In this document: positions 9,171-17,087 of the stretch, in pieces
Position numbering within the stretch: position 1 is the stretch's first letter
Layout of the letters: each line of letters begins with the position of its first letter
NCBI GenBank assembly: GCA_964413875.1
Contig: CAYPUA010000012.1
Location: 8,068 to 72,067 of the forward strand
DNA: 64,000 nt
Reading direction: 5' to 3'
DNA from: an uncultured Bdellovibrionales bacterium
Lineage (GTDB): Bacteria > Bdellovibrionota_C > UBA2361 > OMII01
Notes under the pieces: model-generated
What the model was told of the DNA's origin: nothing
Database searches by the model: none
What the model saw: only the letters and a program-made list of their open reading frames with translations
Program-made: the position numbers and the translations under genes

Positions 9171-9199
9171 AAAAACCATTTAGCGCAGACACTTGCGCT
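9171..9199 (-). terminator. Candidate rho-independent terminator downstream of tadZ on the minus strand.
   Basis: Hairpin AGCGCA-GACACT-TGCGCT (9182-9199). In the minus-strand transcript it is followed by AAAUGGUUUUUCAC. The stem is short (6 bp). Confidence 0.3.
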
Positions 9200-9253
9200 C
9201 GACCACGGCATCATTTGACGGAGCTCTAACTGCGGTCGCTACCGCTCTCATAC

Positions 9254-10543
9254 TCAGCGGGTCGAGGCCTCGCCCTTCCTCCCGAACATGCGAGAGAGCC
9301 AGCTTGATGTGGTGTTGGCGCGGGGTCGCAGGGGGCGCCCCGATCCATCAGGAGCGCCTGGCAGCAGAGCGGTGGTATCCTCGACCCCTATCAATCCTAG
9401 TTCTCGGGCGACCTTGTCGAGCGTTTGGCGCATGGACTTGCTACCCATGCTGTACAGCGTTTGACTACTACCTGCCCAAAGGGCTGCCTTCGTCTCAAAC
9501 GGGAGGGCGGGCAACCTCCAGGGCGCTGCCCCGAGCCGATGAGCGGGCTCCAGCTCAGCCGCAATCTGCTGCACCGTCATCAGTGCGTTCGAGCAAGGGT
9601 TTACGAGGAAGCAGAGTCGGTCGGGGCTACCCACCAGATTCTTGATAAAGTTGAGATAAAGATCGACGGCCGTTAGACCTAAAATCGTGTCGTCGATTAC
9701 CACAAGCACTACATCCGCGCTTCGGATGAGTGCACCGGTAGCTGGCCCCAGCCTGCCGCAGGTATCGATCAAGATGACATCGAAGAGCACTCGAGAGAGT
9801 TCGAGGATGCGTTGCGCAATCCCGATACCATCGGCGTGACATACGAGGTCAATTGACTCCGCGAATTTATCCGGAGCCATCAACACAGAAACCTCACTCG
9901 AGATCGGAACGAGCGCATCTCGCATCGACTCGCGATCTATTTCTCTGCTGCCGTTCACCCAAGCGCTGATTACCTTCGCCTCAGCTCCGGTTACCGTCAG
10001 GGAACGACTTAGGTCATGCGTCTCGACGTCAAGGTCCCACAGCATAGTGCGGCGGTTGTAGACACTGCAAACCTCCGCAAGAGCAGCCGTAGCAGACGTG
10101 GCTCCCACTCCGCCTTTCGCCTGCACTACCGCCACGACTCGTCCCTCGTGAGTCCGCCCTTCCTTTCGGAAGTCTGAGTGGATTGCAACGAGCTCCTGTA
10201 AGAAGTCGAGTGGGCTGGCACTATCCGGAAATACTTTTCGAACACCAACCGAATGGGCAGACCGAAACGCCCCACCTCCGTAGGAGCTATCGCTCACAAA
10301 CATGACGATCTGGATCCAGGGTGCAAGAACCTGTGCCTGGCGTGCGATGGCGATCGCTCGCTCGCCCACACCGGATCCAATGACAAGAACATCGGCCTCA
10401 ACGACGCGCTCAGAGAACTCCTGCTCGTTAACAAGCTTAACCTTGAGATCGAGCATCTCCATGTCACTGCGACTGAACGACTCTACTCGTCTAGCGCAGA
10501 AGGCCTGAGATTCGTTTGAGCTATCAACAATGAGAAGTTTCAT
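9254..10543 (-). CDS. tadZ: TadZ/CpaE-type pilus-assembly localisation protein: atypical receiver-like N-terminal domain plus ParA/MinD-like ATPase domain.
   Basis: 429 aa. N-terminal 'MKLLIVDSS...' CheY-like fold. Deviant Walker A 'VVAVVQAKGGVGATSATAALA', in which the second Lys of KGGxGKT is replaced by Ala. MinD-like core 'VILIDTCGRLGPATGALIRSADVVLVVID'. Confidence 0.75.
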   Translation of the reverse strand: MKLLIVDSSNESQAFCARRVESFSRSDMEMLDLKVKLVNEQEFSERVVEADVLVIGSGVGERAIAIARQAQVLAPWIQIVMFVSDSSYGGGAFRSAHSVGVRKVFPDSASPLDFLQELVAIHSDFRKEGRTHEGRVVAVVQAKGGVGATSATAALAEVCSVYNRRTMLWDLDVETHDLSRSLTVTGAEAKVISAWVNGSREIDRESMRDALVPISSEVSVLMAPDKFAESIDLVCHADGIGIAQRILELSRVLFDVILIDTCGRLGPATGALIRSADVVLVVIDDTILGLTAVDLYLNFIKNLVGSPDRLCFLVNPCSNALMTVQQIAAELEPAHRLGAAPWRLPALPFETKAALWAGSSQTLYSMGSKSMRQTLDKVARELGLIGVEDTTALLPGAPDGSGRPLRPRANTTSSWLSRMFGRKGEASTR

Positions 10544-10552
10544 GACGGGTTG

Positions 10553-12007
10553 CTAAAAAAGCTTCTCCAAAAGCCCCGGAGCGAAAAGCTTCAGGAACAC
10601 AAAACCAAAACCTATCCCCACAAGCGCGGCACCACCCATGGCAATCGCATCACCGACCATCGTGCGCTTTGACACCTCTGGCTCGGCGTACTTTTTAGAC
10701 AGAGCTGCGAACTGGCCGGGGGCCGGCCCTTTGCGTTGCCCCGCTCTCGGCGTGCTCCCCCAATCGTCAGACACAACATCTGGGGCTGGCTCTACTCGCG
10801 CTCCACCCGGCTTCGTCGAACCAGTTGATCGATTCTGAGACTCAAGTGCTTGGCCGACGTACGACGCGTCAAGAACTTGGGTGTTTGCCTTCTCAATCAC
10901 CTGGTCTCCGTCCGTGCCACTCCGCACCCGCGTGCCGCCGCCGCGACCGAGCATGGCCCCTGACGTGACTTGCGTATCACCGATAGGTCCCGCCGACACC
11001 GCGATATTCGTCTGTCGCCCCCCTGTCGGCGGAGCTGCATCAGCAGGAGCGTCCGAAGGCCCATCGCTGAGAGAAGGGCCAACGTACGGGGTCCCTTGCC
11101 CAGCTCCCTGGTTCGGCAAAAACAAGCCGCCAGTGATTGCAGAGCGCAGTCCTAAGTCCGACGCTAGCTTCTGCAGATCAAAAAACATGTCCATTCCTGC
11201 TTGGTAGCGACTTTCGGGCTCCCGCTGCATCGCTTTGAGGATGATTGTATCCAGGCCCGCTGGACACTCTGGCCGCAGCTTGCTGGGGGACTCTGGATCG
11301 GTCTTCAGACGCTTGGTCATCGTCGCGTAAACGCTATCGCCGCGGAACGGGGACTCACCCGTCACCATCTCGTACGCAAGGATCCCAATCGCATAGATGT
11401 CTGATCTCCAATCGACTTGCGAGCGCAGCATGTACTCAGGCGCCACGTAGTCGATCGTTCCGACAACTCCTCCATGCTCAGTGAGCTTCGGGCCGTGGCG
11501 ATTTCTTGCGATTCCGAAGTCCGCAATCTTTACATTCCCCTCGTTGGTCAAGAGAATGTTCTCTGGCTTAAGGTCTCGGTGCACGATACCGGCATCGTGA
11601 ATAGCTTGCACACCTGCCGCCATCTGACTCAAGACGCGGATAATTTCAGCGATTGGCATCCGCTCTGGGTGACCGAGTCGTTCCGCGAGGTCGCCTCCTC
11701 CAACGAACTCCATCGTGTATGCGACGAGATCCCCGTCGCGGAGATACTCGTACGCTCGCACCACGTTCGGATGGGAAACACCGTAAGAGGCAAGGATCTC
11801 ATTGCGGAATCGAGCTGAAGCGACCCGATCCTGTGCGACCTCAGGGAAGAGCACTTTCGCCGCTACCATCTGCCCCTGCAGCTCCCGATGCCGGCAGGCG
11901 TACACCAACCCCATGCTACCGGAGCCGAGGCACTTGACGACCTCGTACTTACCCCCAATCACGGTACCCGGCTGGAGGCTAATGATATGCTCGTCGGTCA
12001 TGGTCAC
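10553..12007 (-). CDS. Hanks-type Ser/Thr protein kinase with a disordered linker and a C-terminal TM anchor.
   Basis: Intact catalytic motifs: 'GSGSMGLVY', 'VAAKVL', 'HRDLKPENILL', 'DFG', 'GTIDYVAPE'. C-terminal hydrophobic 'AIAMGGAALVGIGFGFVFLKLFAP'. Confidence 0.9.
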   Translation of the reverse strand: MTMTDEHIISLQPGTVIGGKYEVVKCLGSGSMGLVYACRHRELQGQMVAAKVLFPEVAQDRVASARFRNEILASYGVSHPNVVRAYEYLRDGDLVAYTMEFVGGGDLAERLGHPERMPIAEIIRVLSQMAAGVQAIHDAGIVHRDLKPENILLTNEGNVKIADFGIARNRHGPKLTEHGGVVGTIDYVAPEYMLRSQVDWRSDIYAIGILAYEMVTGESPFRGDSVYATMTKRLKTDPESPSKLRPECPAGLDTIILKAMQREPESRYQAGMDMFFDLQKLASDLGLRSAITGGLFLPNQGAGQGTPYVGPSLSDGPSDAPADAAPPTGGRQTNIAVSAGPIGDTQVTSGAMLGRGGGTRVRSGTDGDQVIEKANTQVLDASYVGQALESQNRSTGSTKPGGARVEPAPDVVSDDWGSTPRAGQRKGPAPGQFAALSKKYAEPEVSKRTMVGDAIAMGGAALVGIGFGFVFLKLFAPGLLEKLF

Positions 12008-12026
12008 TTAGCAGACGCTCCTCTCG

Positions 12027-12959
12027 CTACCCTTGTGAGGAATTACCCATCACGAGACAGACATGAAAATTACGATCCCCGAAGCTTACGATATCGCCAT
12101 GGCTCAACACCGCTTTCTCGCCAGACAGTAGAATCTCCTCTCCTGTGTCGAACTTGCGTATACGGGTGCCACTCTCTGAGAGCTGGTCGAGCACCTGAAT
12201 CGAACCGCCAGCGGCAACGCGCATGACCGCATGCGAAGGCGAAACACTTTCGTGATTCAAAACGAGACAATTGCTTGCCGGATCTGGCTGGGCTGAAACA
12301 ATGAGTCGCCCAGTTCTCAGCTCCAGGTACGACCCTGCTGGCTCATAGTCGAACGAAACGAGGAATCCCACCAGCTGTGTGCAGGACTTCCAGTATACCT
12401 CTTCGGCTCCAACTGCAGCTTCTGTCAGCATATGTTCCTCTGGGACATGAACAAACTCCGGTGCCGGGTCGGGGGTAAACGGTGCTGGTTCTGGGATCGC
12501 ACGGTGTTCGGTCACAATGTCTCCTGAGCTGGCGAAGAGCCCAAGCGGATCCCACATTGGAGGCTTTCCCCCGCCTTCTATCACGTCAGTATCGTGCGGC
12601 ACCGACTCAATTGCTTCGGCTTCTGACACTTCAGAAAGTTCTCCGTCCGCATACACGGATTGACCAGTGGCAACCTCTTCATCTCCCGGCTCAACTACCT
12701 CTGCCACCGGAGCAACTGGGGCTTTTCTCACTCCCATATCGCTACTAACTCGCGGGGTCTCCCAGTGAGCTTCATCAGCCTGAACAGGGGCCTCCAAGCC
12801 GCCAATCCGGCTACCCTGAGATTCTCCGCCCAAACGAGCACGCATACCTCCGGTGAGGTTTGAATCGAGAATGACCGTATGGTTCTTAGCCCGGTTTGCG
12901 CTCCCCTCGCGAACGCGCGGGGTAGAACCACGAGGCAATTTGCTACTACTGTCTTCCAT
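12027..12959 (-). CDS. FHA-domain protein (disordered acidic N-terminal region, C-terminal FHA domain).
   Basis: The C-terminal ~100 aa match the FHA fold: '...GRLIVSAQPDPASNCLVLNHESVSPSHAVMRV...GEKAVLSHGDIVSFGDRNFHV'. Confidence 0.8.
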   Translation of the reverse strand: MEDSSSKLPRGSTPRVREGSANRAKNHTVILDSNLTGGMRARLGGESQGSRIGGLEAPVQADEAHWETPRVSSDMGVRKAPVAPVAEVVEPGDEEVATGQSVYADGELSEVSEAEAIESVPHDTDVIEGGGKPPMWDPLGLFASSGDIVTEHRAIPEPAPFTPDPAPEFVHVPEEHMLTEAAVGAEEVYWKSCTQLVGFLVSFDYEPAGSYLELRTGRLIVSAQPDPASNCLVLNHESVSPSHAVMRVAAGGSIQVLDQLSESGTRIRKFDTGEEILLSGEKAVLSHGDIVSFGDRNFHVCLVMGNSSQG

Positions 12960-12968
12960 CGTCCTCTC

Positions 12969-14018
12969 TCATCGCAAAAATTGAAAAGCCAACGCACCAG
13001 CGATCGTTGCTCCCGCCGCAAGGACCGTCATGATTGCCAGAAACACGAAATGCTTAAAAACGCCCGTTCCGGTTGGAGATCCCACACGCTGTTCGCTAAC
13101 TACCGTGACCTTAGAATCCTCAGACGGCTGAGAGGTACGGAGCACTCCGGGCATCCTAATGACCGCGACAGAGATGTTGTCGAATCCACCCCGCTCGCGG
13201 GCAAGCTCAATGAGCTTTGCTCCCGCATCTTGAGGCGAAAGGCCTGACGCGATGCTTCCAATCTCTATGTCCGGAACTAAACTGTAGAGCCCGTCAGAGC
13301 ACAGAACGACCACATCGCCCTCTCCATCAGCATCAGCTGGCCAGAGCCAGAGCCGCTGCGAGTGCACGTTTGGGCTTGGCTCAGAACCGAGACAACGAGT
13401 GAGCACATGCGCTTCGGGATGGCTCAGTGCTTCTTCAGCCCGCAGCTTCCCATCGTCAACGAGTGTCTGGACAAACGTGTCATCGACCGTTAGCTGCTGA
13501 ACGGCTCCATCTCGCACCAGGTAGGCGCGCGAATCTCCGATGCTAGAGATGACTGCTTCCCTGCCATCAAAGCGCATCGCCACAGCGGTTGTACCCATCC
13601 CCTGGAACTCCGGATTTTTGCGCCGCAGAAGTATGATTCGATTTGCTTCCCGAAATGCCGCGCCAAGCACATCGATGTTAGGGGCACTCTCAGATGATTG
13701 CTGAATGGAGCGTGATACCGCGTCTACTGCGAGCTGAGCTGCAAACTCTCCACCCGCTGCCCCGCCCATCCCGTCGCACAAGAGCCAAGTTATGGCGCTC
13801 CCATCGCGGATGGTCTCGACGCGATCCTCGTTCAGCGTTCTTTCGCAGCCGCAGTCGGTGAAGCAAGAAGCTTCTAGAGAGCTCTTCGGTGATCGGAAAG
13901 ACCGCCGGGACTCTCCCTGCATTTGACCTCGTAGCATACGCAATGCTTCCCTCCCGTTGAGGTCCACTCGCCGGCGCAACGCCGAGCGCACCTCCGAGGA
14001 CACCAGACGACCAGCCAA
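12969..14018 (-). CDS. PP2C-family (PPM) Ser/Thr phosphatase with a C-terminal TM anchor.
   Basis: 'LLCDGMGGAAGGEFAAQLAV', 'ISSIGDSRAYLV', 'LCSDGL', 'ERGGFDNISVAVI'. C-terminal hydrophobic 'FVFLAIMTVLAAGATIAGALAF'. Confidence 0.85.
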   Translation of the reverse strand: MAGRLVSSEVRSALRRRVDLNGREALRMLRGQMQGESRRSFRSPKSSLEASCFTDCGCERTLNEDRVETIRDGSAITWLLCDGMGGAAGGEFAAQLAVDAVSRSIQQSSESAPNIDVLGAAFREANRIILLRRKNPEFQGMGTTAVAMRFDGREAVISSIGDSRAYLVRDGAVQQLTVDDTFVQTLVDDGKLRAEEALSHPEAHVLTRCLGSEPSPNVHSQRLWLWPADADGEGDVVVLCSDGLYSLVPDIEIGSIASGLSPQDAGAKLIELARERGGFDNISVAVIRMPGVLRTSQPSEDSKVTVVSEQRVGSPTGTGVFKHFVFLAIMTVLAAGATIAGALAFQFLR

Positions 14019-14559
14019 CCAGTCCCCTGAAGCCTCGATCTAACCACTCGGCAGAAGCCTGGCGTTACTCAACACTTCCCCTCTCTTTTTGATGCCCCAG
14101 CACCTCTGCGCTCGGCCCAGAGGTGGAATAAAAGTTGATCTCCGGGGGGTTTTTGAGGTTCTTATGTTACCTATTGATCTTTATGAGATAATTAAAGAGG
14201 GGCGTCTCACATTGAGCCCTGTTTCTTACTGTGCGGGCCGTGTCGAAAAGGCTACGATGAACGGGTTTAGGAAACGGTCGCGGCCTCCTTTAAGGTTGGA
14301 GTTTTTTTGAGCTCTCGTTCTATCCCACCGATCTCTTGGCTGGTTTTGACCGCTCTTGCCGTGGTGCTGCTGTCCCCCTACGCAGGCTGCCACATCCTAA
14401 CCTCCGCTCCGAGCGATCCAGCTACAGATCAGGAAGCTCTAGATCGCGGCGCGGGGGCGGCGGAAGAAGCTCCCCAGGGTCGCCGGCTGAACGATCTCGA
14501 CGCCCTTCTGGGCCAGAAGTGACGAACAGGTAACGTGTCTGCGTATCGAGTATAGACGT

Positions 14560-15141
14560 ATGGTAACTCTCAACCGAATTTACACACGCACTGGCGACGA
14601 TGGCTCGACGGGTCTGGTAGGTGGAGCTCGCACGCGTAAAAACTCCCCGAGAGTAGAGGCCTACGGCGATATCGATGAGCTCAATTGCCTCATAGGTATT
14701 TGCGTGACTCTTGCCACAGGGGAACCTGAGGCCGGCATTCGAGACAAACTCACTCTCATACAAAACGAGCTCTTCGACCTCGGTTCCGAGCTTGCCACGC
14801 CTCACGGAAGTAGCTGGCAAGGAATGCTTAAGACGGAGGTCACTCACGTTGAACGGCTGGAGCGCTGGATAGACGAACTCAACGAGTCGTTGCCTGATCT
14901 CAAATCGTTCGTCCTCCCGGGTGGCACACCACTGAATGCGCATCTGCATCTGGCGCGTGCTGTGTGTAGACGTGCCGAAAGGGCTATCGTGTCGCTCAAC
15001 GACGTAGAGCCATTATCGGAACCACTCATTCACTACGTGAATCGTCTCAGCGACCTACTCTTTGTAATGAGCCGTGCAGCAGCACAGATCGCTGGCGCAT
15101 CTGAATTTCTCTGGATTCCGGGTGCCTCCAGACCCAAGTAA
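14560..15141 (+). CDS. PduO-type ATP:cob(I)alamin adenosyltransferase.
   Basis: 'RIYTRTGDDGSTGL', 'RVEAYGDIDELNCLIG', 'IQNELFDLGSELA', 'FVLPGG': classic PduO-type motifs. Confidence 0.85.
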   Translation: MVTLNRIYTRTGDDGSTGLVGGARTRKNSPRVEAYGDIDELNCLIGICVTLATGEPEAGIRDKLTLIQNELFDLGSELATPHGSSWQGMLKTEVTHVERLERWIDELNESLPDLKSFVLPGGTPLNAHLHLARAVCRRAERAIVSLNDVEPLSEPLIHYVNRLSDLLFVMSRAAAQIAGASEFLWIPGASRPK

Positions 15142-15160
15142 GGCTCTCCGTCGACGAGCT

Positions 15161-15709
15161 TCAGCTGCCCCGGACGCCAATTCGGTGAGAGAAGACGAGT
15201 TCCCCTCCAAGGGTTCCTACCCAAACGACGAGAGCAAGCTGCAGGATGAGCACGAGCAGGTACAGTGCCCTGAAGAGTGGCTGGTGCCGGCGTGCGACAG
15301 ACGCTATCCACGCAAAGGCGCCGAGGAGTACGGCGTTTATGAGCACGAAGCGGCCAACCGCATGGTGCACACCCAGGGCAGATTCAGCCAACTCAGACAC
15401 TTCACCCATCGAACTACTCGCTTGGTATCCTGAAAGGAATGCCGCAATACTGCTGACGACAACCGCTGGAACCAGAAGAAGCCGAGCGACTGAGCCGCAC
15501 CGGGCAACGGCGGGAGCCCAGCAAAGGCCCTCTACGCAGCACAACAGCAGGGTGAACGCTAACGGCATACCGCTCAAGGGGGGATGAAGCTCTGGCATGC
15601 TACTGACGATAGCCGGGAAAATTGCGAGAGGAAAGGCAGATGAGGGGTGGTTTTTGCCGTCTGAAGCATCACCCCCGACTCGGTCGCGACTCTGCGGATA
15701 GCTCCTCAC
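15161..15709 (-). CDS. Hypothetical polytopic membrane protein.
   Basis: Several predicted TM helices. No family assigned. The start is probably internal (Met of 'MPELHPPLSG'). Confidence 0.4.
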   Translation of the reverse strand: MRSYPQSRDRVGGDASDGKNHPSSAFPLAIFPAIVSSMPELHPPLSGMPLAFTLLLCCVEGLCWAPAVARCGSVARLLLVPAVVVSSIAAFLSGYQASSSMGEVSELAESALGVHHAVGRFVLINAVLLGAFAWIASVARRHQPLFRALYLLVLILQLALVVWVGTLGGELVFSHRIGVRGS

Positions 15710-15734
15710 AAGCTACCAGCATGAAGCCGGAGTG

Positions 15735-16907
15735 CTATCGCAGCCGTTTTACGATGAGAAGGGTAACATCGTCACGCAGAAGTCGGTCCTGACGAAACGA
15801 GTTAAAATCATCGAGAATTGCGCCAAGCATCTGTGAGGCGGTGCTCTCTGGCGTGGTGCGACTCAGGGCCGCAGCTAATCTCTCAAATCCGTACGGTGAC
15901 ATTGCACGATTCTGAGCCTCACTGATGCCATCCGTAAAGAGCAGCAGTGCGTCTCCGGGTGCTAGGCTGTCCTCTTCGAGAGTGAAGCGCCCTGATTCAT
16001 CGAAACCGATCGGAAAGCCCTGGCCTTTGAGCTGCCGGACGGCCCCCTGCTGTCGGGACAACACTAGTGCTGGCGGGTGCCCTGCCCTGGACCATTGCAC
16101 CTTACCGCTCGATGGATGGTAGAGGCAGCCGCCCAACGTTACGAATCTACCCGAGGGGATCTGTGGTCCAAGGAACCGATTCATCTGCTTGAGTAGCTCA
16201 TCGGGCCGCATTTTATCTGCTGCCGTCATCGCCAACTTCGTCATACTCGCGATGAAAGCCGCCGACAAACCGTGACCAGAGACGTCCGCGACCTGGAGTG
16301 ACAGCTTTCCGTCCGAATCAACGCTGGCGAAGTACCAATCTCCACCAACCTCTTCAAGCGGCTGATACGAAACTGCCAGCTGGTAGCGCTCGTCGGATGG
16401 CAATGCGCGTGGCAAGAGGCTCTGTTGAATCGCTCGAGCTTCTTCAAGCTCTTTCCGGAAACGCTCGTTGTGATCCCGGAGAGCAGCATTGATCTCGGCA
16501 AGCGTTCCCTGCAGCTCGTCTCCTCCGGCCTGCTTGCGCATCCTGAGCTGGGTTGCGATGCGACCGGCGAGAGTTCCAACCGAGAACGGCGCCTGAACGA
16601 TCTCCACTTTATCGATTATATCCGGCTCGTACAGCTCAGAGCTATTCTCCGGAGAGATACACACAATTGGTATCCCCCTCGTGTTCTCCTGGGACCTGAA
16701 AAATGCGCACATGTCGGGCACATCGCCGAGCACTCGGCCATCGATCAGTATTAAATCGACGTTGGTACGGGAAATTAAATCGGGCAGCGCAACGTTGTTG
16801 GTTGCACCGAGCACGGCATACCCCAAGCGCTCCAGAAATCGCGGCAATTTCTGATCGTTGTTACCGAGGTAAAATATGAGGTCCATGTAAGCGATGCCGA
16901 GAGGCAA
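15735..16907 (-). CDS. Response-regulator receiver domain fused to a PP2C/SpoIIE-type phosphatase (RsbU-like).
   Basis: N-terminal receiver ('DLILIDGRV', 'GIPIVCIS'). C-terminal PPM: 'VGGDWYF', 'LQVADVSGHGLSAAFIAS', 'LLLFTDGISEA'. Confidence 0.8.
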   Translation of the reverse strand: MPLGIAYMDLIFYLGNNDQKLPRFLERLGYAVLGATNNVALPDLISRTNVDLILIDGRVLGDVPDMCAFFRSQENTRGIPIVCISPENSSELYEPDIIDKVEIVQAPFSVGTLAGRIATQLRMRKQAGGDELQGTLAEINAALRDHNERFRKELEEARAIQQSLLPRALPSDERYQLAVSYQPLEEVGGDWYFASVDSDGKLSLQVADVSGHGLSAAFIASMTKLAMTAADKMRPDELLKQMNRFLGPQIPSGRFVTLGGCLYHPSSGKVQWSRAGHPPALVLSRQQGAVRQLKGQGFPIGFDESGRFTLEEDSLAPGDALLLFTDGISEAQNRAMSPYGFERLAAALSRTTPESTASQMLGAILDDFNSFRQDRLLRDDVTLLIVKRLR

Positions 16908-17087
16908 GAACGCACCTCTCTCTCCCCCTAACTGCCTGTAGTATCGGACAGAGTGAACATCTTCCTGAGGAAATCCGGCGCCTTTGCGGCCTATGGCTGC
17001 CGCTGGCTACGTCGATACTGGCTAACCCCCTCTTTTCTCGTGCTGTTATGCCTACCCACCATGCGGGGTGCGGCTGCTGCTAACGAG

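Noticed and set aside
8921-9253. A sigma-54 (TGGCAC-N5-TTGC) promoter for flp.
   Set aside because: The strings 'ttgcacctggcgcg' occur, but not in the correct order or spacing on the coding strand.
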